From Nitrospira sp. (GTDB lineage Bacteria > Nitrospirota > Nitrospiria > SBBL01 > JAADHI01): DNA of 64,000 bases. Shown here one piece after another: positions 41,352-50,130 of the stretch; positions within the stretch are counted from its first letter, which is position 1; each line of letters begins with the position of its first letter. The notes under the pieces are model-generated. The model ran no database searches. It saw only the letters and a program-made list of their open reading frames with translations, and was not told the DNA's origin. The position numbers and the translations under genes were made by a program. The DNA lies in NCBI GenBank assembly GCA_027020665.1, contig JALUVJ010000014.1, forward strand, positions 466 through 64,465, read 5' to 3'.

Positions 41352-42605
41352 TTAATAAATCGGTTTGGCTTTCTTTCCCATTTCTTTCAAAATATTTTCC
41401 GCGCTGGGGCCGGAGGCCCGTTTCTCCCGCTGCCGCGCCAATTCACCGTGAATCACATCCCAATGCAAATCGAGAAAATGGGGCGAGTCCAGTTCTCCTT
41501 TTTGCGCCGCTTCGATCATTTTCTTGAGCGAAGCCTGCGTGACGGGCCGCCCGCCCAAACCGGCGATGACGGTCTGAATACGCAGGGGAAGCCCTTCAAG
41601 CGCCATTTTGACATCGGCGGCCAAGATGCCGCCGCGCCCCGCCGCGAGGGCCTTTTCAATCACAATCACGGTCTTCGCCCGGGCGACGGCGGTCCGGAGC
41701 GCCGCCGCGGGAAAGGGACGGTAGGAAACGATTTTAAGACAGCCGATCAAGTCCCCGGCGGCCCGCATTTGATCCGCAACTTCTCTCATCGTGCCCAATA
41801 CCGAACCCATCGCGATGATCACCGTTTCCGCATCTTCCAAGCGATCGGGAGACAGCAGTCCGCCTGAGCGGCGTGCAAAGTGCTTTTGAAAGGCCTCCGC
41901 CAAGTCCGGGATGCGGTTTAAGGCTTCCAGTTGTTTGTGATGCGCCAAATAACGCACCTCGGCAAAGGCCTCCGGTCCGACCATCGCGCCGATGGAAACG
42001 GGATCCGAAGGATCGAGTACCTGCACGGGATCATAGGGCGGCAGAAAGGCATCAACCGCCGCTTGCGCCGGCAGGTCGACGGCCTCAAAGGCGTGCGTCA
42101 AAATAAAGCCGTCCACACAAACCATCACGGGACAACTGAGCGCTTCGGCAAGATAAAAGGCCTGAATGTGTAGATCGACCGCCTCCTGATTGTCCTCGGC
42201 AAAGAGCTGTATCCAGCCCGCATCCCGCATCGCCATGGCATCAGAATGATCGTTCCAAATATTGATCGGCGCGCCGATGGCGCGGTTGCCGACGGTCATG
42301 ACAATCGGCAGCCCCAGACCCGAGGCATTGTAGAGGGCCTCGGCCATGAAGAGCAAGCCCTGGCTGGCCGTTGCGGTATAACTGCGCGCGCCGGTTGCCG
42401 AGGCGCCGATGAGCACACTCAAGGCGGCAAACTCCGACTCGACGTTTAAAAACTGCGTCGATCCCAATTCGCCTTTTTTGACCTTGGCCGAAAGCGTTTC
42501 GACGATATGCGTCTGCGGCGTAATCGGATAGCAGGAAATGACTTCGGGTCGACAGGCGGCGACGATCGCGGCGACGGCTTGCGATCCTTCAATTTGCCGC
42601 AGCAT
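41352..42605 (-). CDS. 2-oxoacid:ferredoxin oxidoreductase alpha subunit
   Basis: 417 aa with the YPITPQT motif at the N-terminus, in por/vor/kor alpha-subunit layout. Confidence 0.85.
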   Translation of the reverse strand: MLRQIEGSQAVAAIVAACRPEVISCYPITPQTHIVETLSAKVKKGELGSTQFLNVESEFAALSVLIGASATGARSYTATASQGLLFMAEALYNASGLGLPIVMTVGNRAIGAPINIWNDHSDAMAMRDAGWIQLFAEDNQEAVDLHIQAFYLAEALSCPVMVCVDGFILTHAFEAVDLPAQAAVDAFLPPYDPVQVLDPSDPVSIGAMVGPEAFAEVRYLAHHKQLEALNRIPDLAEAFQKHFARRSGGLLSPDRLEDAETVIIAMGSVLGTMREVADQMRAAGDLIGCLKIVSYRPFPAAALRTAVARAKTVIVIEKALAAGRGGILAADVKMALEGLPLRIQTVIAGLGGRPVTQASLKKMIEAAQKGELDSPHFLDLHWDVIHGELARQREKRASGPSAENILKEMGKKAKPIY

Positions 42606-43194
42606 GTGTCATCCCTCCTCCGGTCTCTTGTTGATGCTGTCGGACGTACAGATAGGCTTCTTTTGCGGCGGCGCTGTTCTTTTGGGCGATCGTCCCGGTG
42701 AAACGCTGTTGAACAGCTTCTTCCACGCTTTTTAAGGTGATTTGACCGGAAATCGCCGCAAATGCACCGACGAGGGCGATATTGGGCAGGGGCCGTCCGA
42801 TGTGTTTCAGCGCAATCCCTGTGGCGGGCAGGCCGCAGAAATGCCCGGCGGGAAAGGATGAAACAAAGTCCTCAATGCCCAGTGCCGCTGCATCGCGGGA
42901 GGCGTTGAGAATCAAACGGCCCGTTTCCGGGTTCAGCCCCGAAAAAAGATCGACGTGGTGCAGCAAGGTCGCATCCTGCACGATGACGGCATCGGCCTGC
43001 ATCACCGGTTCGCGCAGACGAATCTTTCGGTCGTCGATGCGACAGAAGGACATGACCGGCGCGCCCATGCGCTCTGAGCCAAAGCTCGGAAAGGCCTGGG
43101 CGAAACGGCCGTCCAAAAACGCGGCGACGGAAAGAATCTCCGCCGCGGTGACAACGCCTTGTCCGCCGCGCCCATGAATGCGGATCTGAAACAT
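42589..43194 (-). CDS. 2-oxoacid:ferredoxin oxidoreductase gamma subunit
   Basis: 201 aa starting IRIHGRGGQGVVTAAEIL, typical of gamma subunits. It is the first gene of the operon. Confidence 0.85.
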   Translation of the reverse strand: MFQIRIHGRGGQGVVTAAEILSVAAFLDGRFAQAFPSFGSERMGAPVMSFCRIDDRKIRLREPVMQADAVIVQDATLLHHVDLFSGLNPETGRLILNASRDAAALGIEDFVSSFPAGHFCGLPATGIALKHIGRPLPNIALVGAFAAISGQITLKSVEEAVQQRFTGTIAQKNSAAAKEAYLYVRQHQQETGGGMTHAAAN

Positions 43195-43269
43195 CGGGAT
43201 CGCTCACGGGGATAATATTGAATTGAAATTGTATCAATCCTGCACGGGAAAAGTCCATCATCCGCATTT

Positions 43270-43292
43270 CCAAAATCAGCGATTGATTTTGG
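43270..43292. repeat. Palindrome CCAAAATCA-GCGAT-TGATTTTGG
   Basis: Perfect 9-bp inverted repeat between the nuoN stop and the porG start. It shares the AAATCAG/CTGATTTTGG arms with 27960-27985. Confidence 0.5.
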
Positions 43293-43366
43293 GGGATTGC
43301 CAAGCACGGCAATGCGATGTGCGGCGAAGGGAGACGCTCCGCGGCGGGATGAAAAAGGCGTTGATT

Positions 43367-44833
43367 TTATTTCGGAATCAAATCCGCAAACACAGAGCTG
43401 GCGGTTACAGAGGCCTGAATGAAAGGATCGGGCCAGATACCCAGTAGGAGGACGCCTGCGATGCTGACGTAAATGGCGATTTTGAGCGGCGTCGAAATAT
43501 GGATCGGGGTGTATTCTTTCGGTTCGACAGAGTAGATCTTTTTGACGACGATGAGATAATAATAGAATGAAATGACCATGTTGATGAGCGCAACGGCAAC
43601 GATGAAGATGAGCCCCTGATGTACGGCGGCGACAACGACGTAAACTTTCCCGATGAATCCGGCCAGCGGCGGCACGCCCGCCAAGGAGAGTAAAAAGACC
43701 AGCATGGCGAAGGCCATTAAAGGCGAGCGCCGATTGAGTCCGACAAAATCGTCGATATCATCTTTGTCGGTTAAATTTTGGAAAATGATGACGACGACAA
43801 AGGCGCCAATGTTGGCAAAAAGATATGTGAGGATGTAGAAAAGAATAGATTCCACGCCCATTTGTGTGCCGGCGGCCATGCCGATGAGCACGGTGCCGAT
43901 ATGCGCGATGCCGGAGTAGGCCAAAAGGCGTTTCATGTTTTTCTGCGCGATGGCGGTGATGTTGCCGTAGGTCATGGATAAGACGGCAATCGAAACAATC
44001 ATCCATTGCCAGTCGGCTTTCAGTTCCAAGAAGGTGCCAAAAACAACACGCAGGAAAATCCCGAAGGTCGCCGCCTTCGGGACGACGGAAAGATAGGCGG
44101 TGACGGTTGTGGGTGCGCCCTGATAAACATCCGGTACCCAGACATGAAAGGGCACCGCGCCTAGTTTGTAGCCAATGCCGACAAAGATGAAAAGAAGTCC
44201 GATGGTGAGGCCGATGGTGTATTCGGGCGGGTTTGCGGCGATTTCTTCAAAAAGCAGAGTGCCGACTTCACCGTACACCAGAGAAACGCCGTAGGCGATC
44301 AAGGCGGCTGAAAGGGCACCCAGGATAAAAAATTTGATCGCTGCCTCGTTGGATTTCAGGTTGTCACGTAAGTAGGCGACGAGAATGTAAAATCCAAAGG
44401 TTGAGAATTCCAGGGTGATGAAAAGGGACAAAAAGTCATTTGCGGAGACCATGAACATCATGCCGAGTGCTGAAAAAAGCAGCAGGAAATAATATTCTCC
44501 CCGGAAATAAGGGATCTTTTCCATGGCCTCGATGGAGGCCAAAATCATCACGATGGTTGAAAGCAAAATGAAGATCTTGAAAAAGATCGCCAGAGGATCC
44601 AGCACAAACATGCCGCTGAAAGAAGTGCCGCCGGTGCCGTCGATGCCGTAGCCGATGAGTTGAAGGGTAATCAAGGCCATACCTGAGACGGAGAAATAGG
44701 CCAATTTGGGTTTTGAGAGTTTTGGGCAAAAGACGTCCATCATCAAAACAACGCAAGAGAGCAGTGTCATCCACAGTTCCGGTGCGATGAGCCGTAGGTT
44801 CAGGTCGGCAAGGGTCATAATTTCGGGCGTCAT
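43367..44833 (-). CDS. nuoN: NADH-quinone oxidoreductase subunit N
   Basis: 488 aa polytopic protein with FITLEFS (TM5 Glu), FHVWVPDVYQGAPT and KRLLAYSGIAHIG. It is the last gene of the locus. Confidence 0.85.
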   Translation of the reverse strand: MTPEIMTLADLNLRLIAPELWMTLLSCVVLMMDVFCPKLSKPKLAYFSVSGMALITLQLIGYGIDGTGGTSFSGMFVLDPLAIFFKIFILLSTIVMILASIEAMEKIPYFRGEYYFLLLFSALGMMFMVSANDFLSLFITLEFSTFGFYILVAYLRDNLKSNEAAIKFFILGALSAALIAYGVSLVYGEVGTLLFEEIAANPPEYTIGLTIGLLFIFVGIGYKLGAVPFHVWVPDVYQGAPTTVTAYLSVVPKAATFGIFLRVVFGTFLELKADWQWMIVSIAVLSMTYGNITAIAQKNMKRLLAYSGIAHIGTVLIGMAAGTQMGVESILFYILTYLFANIGAFVVVIIFQNLTDKDDIDDFVGLNRRSPLMAFAMLVFLLSLAGVPPLAGFIGKVYVVVAAVHQGLIFIVAVALINMVISFYYYLIVVKKIYSVEPKEYTPIHISTPLKIAIYVSIAGVLLLGIWPDPFIQASVTASSVFADLIPK

Positions 44834-46461
44834 TTTATGCTCTCGTCTCCAATGTGGGTGCTCAGCTTTGTTTGTTGCGCGATGGCGCTTCCGGCTGTGC
44901 TGTCAAATCGGGCCAAAATAGGGGTAACGCCTTTTTCGATCACGCTGATAAATTTCCCCGGAAAGATGCCGAAAAAGAGCGTGAAGAAGACCAGAAGCAC
45001 GAGCGGAAGGCGCTCATACCAGCTGCGCGCGTCTTTGACGTCGGGCAGGGCCGGATTGAGTTTTCCAAAAAACATGGTGCGCGTCATGCGAAAATAGTAG
45101 GCCCAGGTGATGACAACAGCGAGGGCGGCGATGATGGTTTGAATCGGATAAATTTCCCAGGCGCCCATGAAAACCATGATTTCACCCACAAAGTTCATGC
45201 CGCCGGGCAGGCCGAAGGAGGCCGCTCCACCGACCACAAAACAGGCGGTGACAAAAGGCATCTTATGTACGAGCCCGCCCAAAGAAGGGATATCCAAGGT
45301 CTTGGCCTGATAATAAATAAAACCCGCAAGCGCGAAGAGCAGCCCCATGGCCATTGCATCGGCAAAAAGGAAGAAGACGGCGCCTGTTAGGCTGATGGTA
45401 TTGAGTGAGGCCATTCCTAAAAAAATATATCCCATATGCCCCACGGAGGAATAACCCACGACAAACTTGGTGTCTTTTTGCAAAAAGGCGACGAGGCCGC
45501 CGTAGATAATGTTAAAAATACAAATAATGGCCACAAGCGGCATCCATTCAGCCGTGGCTTCCGGAAAGAGATAAAAACAAATCCGGATAATGGTAAAGTG
45601 CCCCAGTTTTTTCAAAACCCCCGCATGCATCATGCTGGCGGCAGGCGGTGCCGCTGCGTAACCTACGGGAGACCAGGAATGAAAGGGAAAAATCGCTGCA
45701 ATGGGGGCAAAGCCGATAAAAATGAGGAGAAAACCGATTTCTTTGACCCCCAGTGATAGGTTTCCTTTTTCACCGATTTCAAGCAGGTCAAAGGTATTCA
45801 ACCCGCTTTTTACGTAAACAAGCAGGATGCCCATGAGGGCGACGACGGCGCCGAATGAGAGATAAAGCGTCAACTTCATCGCCGCGTATTCTTTGCTGTT
45901 TTTATTGAAATTCAGGATGAAGCCGACTGATTCTCTTTTTTCCTCTCCGGCCAGATTGATATGGCCTTTCATGTCTTTGTAGCCCTTTGTGTGTCGGCCC
46001 CACATGATCAGGAAGAGATACATGGGGATCACGGAAAGCTCATAAAAGAAGAAAAGGAAAAAAAGATCCAGCGACATGTAAACTCCCATTGTCGCCGAAC
46101 CGAGTACGAGCAGGTTGATATAAAATTCTTTCAGGCGGTCTTTAATATCCCAGGAGACAAAAACGCCGCAAAACATGAGCAGGGCGGAGGCCAAGACCAT
46201 CGGCGTCCCGATGCCGTCAACGCCTAAATAAAAGGAGATGCCGAGCGTTTGAGACCAAACGGTTCGACTGATAAATTGAAAACCGCCTTGCGAGACATCG
46301 AAGGTATAAAAAAGGTAAAGCGATGCCAATAAAGAGAGCCCGCTAAAAAAGGCTGCGATGCCCCGCACGACATCCTTTTGCGTATTCGAAATAAAAAACA
46401 GAACCGTCGCACCCGCAAACGGGGCAAAGAGAATGATCGATAAGAGGTAGTCGTTGATCAT
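44830..46461 (-). CDS. Divergent NuoM-like antiporter subunit (second M copy)
   Basis: 543 aa with FFFYELSVIPMY, FHSWSPVGYAAAPPAASMMHAG and VVGYSSVGHMG. A ~35-residue hydrophilic insert lies after TM5, relative to the neighbouring canonical NuoM. Confidence 0.75.
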   Translation of the reverse strand: MINDYLLSIILFAPFAGATVLFFISNTQKDVVRGIAAFFSGLSLLASLYLFYTFDVSQGGFQFISRTVWSQTLGISFYLGVDGIGTPMVLASALLMFCGVFVSWDIKDRLKEFYINLLVLGSATMGVYMSLDLFFLFFFYELSVIPMYLFLIMWGRHTKGYKDMKGHINLAGEEKRESVGFILNFNKNSKEYAAMKLTLYLSFGAVVALMGILLVYVKSGLNTFDLLEIGEKGNLSLGVKEIGFLLIFIGFAPIAAIFPFHSWSPVGYAAAPPAASMMHAGVLKKLGHFTIIRICFYLFPEATAEWMPLVAIICIFNIIYGGLVAFLQKDTKFVVGYSSVGHMGYIFLGMASLNTISLTGAVFFLFADAMAMGLLFALAGFIYYQAKTLDIPSLGGLVHKMPFVTACFVVGGAASFGLPGGMNFVGEIMVFMGAWEIYPIQTIIAALAVVITWAYYFRMTRTMFFGKLNPALPDVKDARSWYERLPLVLLVFFTLFFGIFPGKFISVIEKGVTPILARFDSTAGSAIAQQTKLSTHIGDESIK

Positions 46462-46661
46462 GCCTTGTCCTTAAAACAGATTTCCGCTACATCGAGTGTT
46501 GCGCGACGTGTGAAGGCCAATATTTGTGTCAGCATGGCCATCAGGCTTTCTTGAAGGGCCTCGCGTGAGTTTGCGTGGCAGTTCACGCCGGGGACTTCTT
46601 CTACCCAGCCGACCCAGACTCTGGCATCTTGTTTGAGAATCGCCGTATATTTTTGTTGCAA
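46458..46661 (-). CDS. HicB-like (UPF0150-type) small protein embedded in the nuo operon
   Basis: 67 aa. KYTAILKQDARVWVGWVEEVPGVNCHANSREALQESL fits the HicB-like antitoxin pattern (beta-strands, E-x-PG, then a T/S-x-E-E-A-L helix). The TTG start lies 13 nt after the nuoM stop, with GGAG upstream. The stop overlaps the next gene start (ATGA). Confidence 0.55.
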   Translation of the reverse strand: MQQKYTAILKQDARVWVGWVEEVPGVNCHANSREALQESLMAMLTQILAFTRRATLDVAEICFKDKA

Positions 46662-46674
46662 GTTGTGTTGCTCC

Positions 46675-48252
46675 TTACTTTCTAAGTGCGAATTTGGATG
46701 ATGTTTCCGGTACCGTCGTTTCTGTAATTACCGTGGCGGTGCCAAGCCGATCCGTAATAAATTGTACGGAGCCATCCATCATTTTTAAAAAGGGGAAGGG
46801 ATAAATCCCCATCCAGAGAATCACGACCGTAAGCGCGGTGCAAATACCGATCTCGATGCGATCCAAATCGACAAGGGTTTTATTTTTCGGATTCTTCAAT
46901 TCCCCCATCATCAGACGTTGATACAGCCAGAGCAGATAGGCTCCGGCAAGCAAGACTCCGATGAAAGCGGGGGCGGCAAGTTGCCAAGAGTTTTTCATTG
47001 CGCCGATGAGGATCATCAATTCCCCCACAAAACCGTTTGTGCCTGGGAAGGCCAGTGAAGACAAGCTGATAATGAGGTAAAACACTGCCAAAATGGGCAC
47101 CTGTTTTGCGAGGCCGCCGTATTCCGAAATCTCCCGCGTGTGGCGGCGGTTGTAAAGAAAACCGACGACAAAAAAGAGTCCGGAAGTAGAGATCCCGTGG
47201 TTAATCATTTGAATGATACCGCCTTGGATGCCGTCGGCGTTCAGGGCAAAAATCCCTAAAATCACAAAACCCAGATGGCTGATGGAGGAATAAGCAATCA
47301 GCTTTTTCATGTCGTTTTGCGCAAGTGCGAGCAGTGCGCCGTAGATGATGCCGATGACGCCCAAAATCGACATGAGCGGCATAAAATAAAGTGAGGCTTC
47401 CGGCAATAAAGGCAAGGAAAAACGCACAAAGCCGTAAGTCCCCATCTTCAAAAGCACTCCGGCCAGCAGCACACTGCCTGTTGTGGGTGCTTCGACGTGT
47501 GCATCCGGCAGCCATGTGTGAAAAGGAAACATCGGCACTTTAAACGCAAAACCGAAAAAGAGCAGCGTAAAGACCCACATTTGTTTTGTTCGGGTAAGCG
47601 GTGCTCTCAATAAATCAAGAAAATCAAAAGAATAAGTGCCTGTTGCGCTGTGATGATTTAAATACAGAATGACAAAACCCACCAACATCAGCACACTGCC
47701 CAAGAGCGTGTAGAGCACGAATTTTAAAGAGGCGTAATTGCGCCGCTGCCCGCCCCAGGTTTTAATCAGGAAGTACATCGGGATCAGCATGATTTCCCAC
47801 AAGAGAAAAAAGAGAAAGAGATCCAGTGCGCAGAACACTCCGATCACGGTTGTCTCTAAGACAAGCAGACAGATGATATATTGTTTGAAATAGTTCTTGA
47901 TGCCCTTCCAGGAGAACCCCAGGGTCAAGACCGAAAGAAAGGTGGTGAGTACAACCAGCAGAATGCTCACGCCGTCCACACCGACATGGTAGCTAATACC
48001 CAGGGGGGCGATCCAATCATAACGTTCAGCGAATTGAATATCCGAGGTGCCGTTCTGAAAAAGAATGAGCGGAATGAGCGATAAAACAAATGAAGCAAGC
48101 GTAGCCAAAAGGGCAATCTGACGAATTTGCTGAGCATCCTTCATGAGGGAGACCAAGACGGCGGCGGCGAGCGGAATAAAAATTGTGAGGCTTAAGACCG
48201 GGAAGCCGACTTGACTGCTTGCGAATATTTCACCCAATGTGCTCAACATCAA
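46675..48252 (-). CDS. nuoM: NADH-quinone oxidoreductase subunit M (canonical copy)
   Basis: 525 aa with FLLWEIMLIPMYFLI, FHTWLPDAHVEAPTTGSVLLAGVLLKMG and KKLIAYSSISHLG. Confidence 0.9.
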   Translation of the reverse strand: MMLSTLGEIFASSQVGFPVLSLTIFIPLAAAVLVSLMKDAQQIRQIALLATLASFVLSLIPLILFQNGTSDIQFAERYDWIAPLGISYHVGVDGVSILLVVLTTFLSVLTLGFSWKGIKNYFKQYIICLLVLETTVIGVFCALDLFLFFLLWEIMLIPMYFLIKTWGGQRRNYASLKFVLYTLLGSVLMLVGFVILYLNHHSATGTYSFDFLDLLRAPLTRTKQMWVFTLLFFGFAFKVPMFPFHTWLPDAHVEAPTTGSVLLAGVLLKMGTYGFVRFSLPLLPEASLYFMPLMSILGVIGIIYGALLALAQNDMKKLIAYSSISHLGFVILGIFALNADGIQGGIIQMINHGISTSGLFFVVGFLYNRRHTREISEYGGLAKQVPILAVFYLIISLSSLAFPGTNGFVGELMILIGAMKNSWQLAAPAFIGVLLAGAYLLWLYQRLMMGELKNPKNKTLVDLDRIEIGICTALTVVILWMGIYPFPFLKMMDGSVQFITDRLGTATVITETTVPETSSKFALRK

Positions 48253-48264
48253 CGATTCCGCTTT

Positions 48265-50130
48265 CTAGTAAATTGCAACCATCCAGGTGGCCAGTTGTTT
48301 CCCGACCAGCAAATAAAGGTTCACCAAAACAAAGATGCCCACGATAATAATCATGGCGTAGTTATGGACCGATCCCGTTTGAAGCTTTTTGAAAATATGT
48401 GCGGCAATGTGATTCATGTAGCCGACGATGTTGATAAAGGCATAAACGACATATTTTTCAAAAAAGTTTGAAAACCAGGCACCGCCGAAAACGCCGCGCC
48501 CGATTTCATTCACCACGCGGTCGATCACAGCGATATCAAAGCGGCGGCAAAGTGCAACAAACCGCTTTGTGGGCCGGATGATCGCGCCTTTATATACCTC
48601 GATAATAAATTCTTCCCAGAGGGCAGTCGGCCCTTGTGCAAACTTCATAAAGCAAATGCCGCTTTTTCGGTAAAACCAATCGACATCAAGACTGATCGTC
48701 GCTTTGGGCCGCAGCTTTTCGACAAAGAAAAGAAAAGCCAAGGCCGCCGTCAACAGGATTTGAAACTGTACGAGCACATGACTGACTGTAAAGGTATGAT
48801 ATTCCACATCGGCATAAGGCAGCATGTCGATCAAGATATGCGGCTGTATGCCGATCAAAAAGCAAAGCATTGCGGCAAGGCTCATGCCGATGAGCATATT
48901 CGGCGGCGGGTCGGTGACCTTGAGTTGTTTGTCACGCCCGACGAATACATTAAAAGGCAGTTTCAAAGTCGTTGAAAGAAAGGTACCCGAAGCCGCCATT
49001 GTTAATAAGAGTGTTGTGATGGGACGATGCGCTTCGGCGGCGCCCGCGATAATCATGCCTTTGCTGACAAAACCGTTAAAAAGCGGCACGCCGGAAATTG
49101 AAAAACCTCCGATCATGTAGAGAACGGCGGTATAGGGCATTACTTTGCCGAGACCGCCGAGCTCCGTGGCTTTGCGTTTTCCCGTCATGTGAATGACTGC
49201 GCCCATGCCCATCATTAGCAGCCCTTTAAAAAGGATATTGTTGACGGCATGGGCCACTGCGCCGTTAATGGCGAGTTCCGTGCCGACCCCTACGGCGGCA
49301 ACCATGTATCCGACCTGAGAGATGATATGGTACGAGAGCAGCCGTCGTACATCATTTTCGATAATGGTCATGCAGACTCCGAAAAGAGTCATAAAGAGAC
49401 CGATAGAAACCAAGACTTCCACCCCCGGAAACCCGCGCACCAAAGTATAAACAGCGACTTTTGTCGTAAAGGTCGCAAGCCAAATCGTTCCCGTGACACT
49501 GCCTTCGGGATAAGCGTCGGGCAGCCAGGCGTGAAGCGGCGGCCCGCCTGCATTCACCAAAAATCCAAAGAGCATCAAGCCGCCGGCCCAGCCGCCGGGT
49601 GAAATGGCGTTAAAGCCGATGTCTCCGGTATTGACCACATGCACAATGATGCCGCCGAGTAGAAGCACACCACCCAGGGTGTGAATCAGCAAGTAACGAA
49701 AACCGGCTTGGACCGATCGGGCCGAACCGCCAAAGCAGATAATGAAGACCGAAGAGAAGGACATGATTTCCCAAAAGAAAAAGAGGGAAAAAAGGTCTCC
49801 GGCAAAAACCGCCCCCATTGCGCCGCCCGCATAAACGAGTGCCGCAATATGTTCGCGAATTGTCTTAAGATGGAATCCGTAAATCATGCCGATGAAAACG
49901 ATCACGGCGAAAATATAAGCAAAAACAAGACTCAGCTTGTCCACCCGGCCAAAGATCAGTTCCTGTCCCATGAGAGAAATGATGCCGTGAAGGCCTTCCG
50001 GTGTGTAATAAAGCGGCAGCAGGCAAAGTAAGGGTGCGCCGAGCAGAACCGTCTTTCGTTTCATTTCATCTAAAAAGGGCAGTGCGGCCGCCGCAATAAA
50101 GAAGAAGAGCGCAGGATGAACCCATATCAT
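48265..50130 (-). CDS. nuoL: NuoL-like antiporter subunit with C-terminal lateral-helix region
   Basis: 621 aa with FFFWEIM and LHAWLPDAYPEGSVTGT. The C-terminal ~140 aa carry VIDRVVNEIGRG ... KKLQTGSVHNYA plus a final TM, the NuoL signature. Confidence 0.75.
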   Translation of the reverse strand: MIWVHPALFFFIAAAALPFLDEMKRKTVLLGAPLLCLLPLYYTPEGLHGIISLMGQELIFGRVDKLSLVFAYIFAVIVFIGMIYGFHLKTIREHIAALVYAGGAMGAVFAGDLFSLFFFWEIMSFSSVFIICFGGSARSVQAGFRYLLIHTLGGVLLLGGIIVHVVNTGDIGFNAISPGGWAGGLMLFGFLVNAGGPPLHAWLPDAYPEGSVTGTIWLATFTTKVAVYTLVRGFPGVEVLVSIGLFMTLFGVCMTIIENDVRRLLSYHIISQVGYMVAAVGVGTELAINGAVAHAVNNILFKGLLMMGMGAVIHMTGKRKATELGGLGKVMPYTAVLYMIGGFSISGVPLFNGFVSKGMIIAGAAEAHRPITTLLLTMAASGTFLSTTLKLPFNVFVGRDKQLKVTDPPPNMLIGMSLAAMLCFLIGIQPHILIDMLPYADVEYHTFTVSHVLVQFQILLTAALAFLFFVEKLRPKATISLDVDWFYRKSGICFMKFAQGPTALWEEFIIEVYKGAIIRPTKRFVALCRRFDIAVIDRVVNEIGRGVFGGAWFSNFFEKYVVYAFINIVGYMNHIAAHIFKKLQTGSVHNYAMIIIVGIFVLVNLYLLVGKQLATWMVAIY

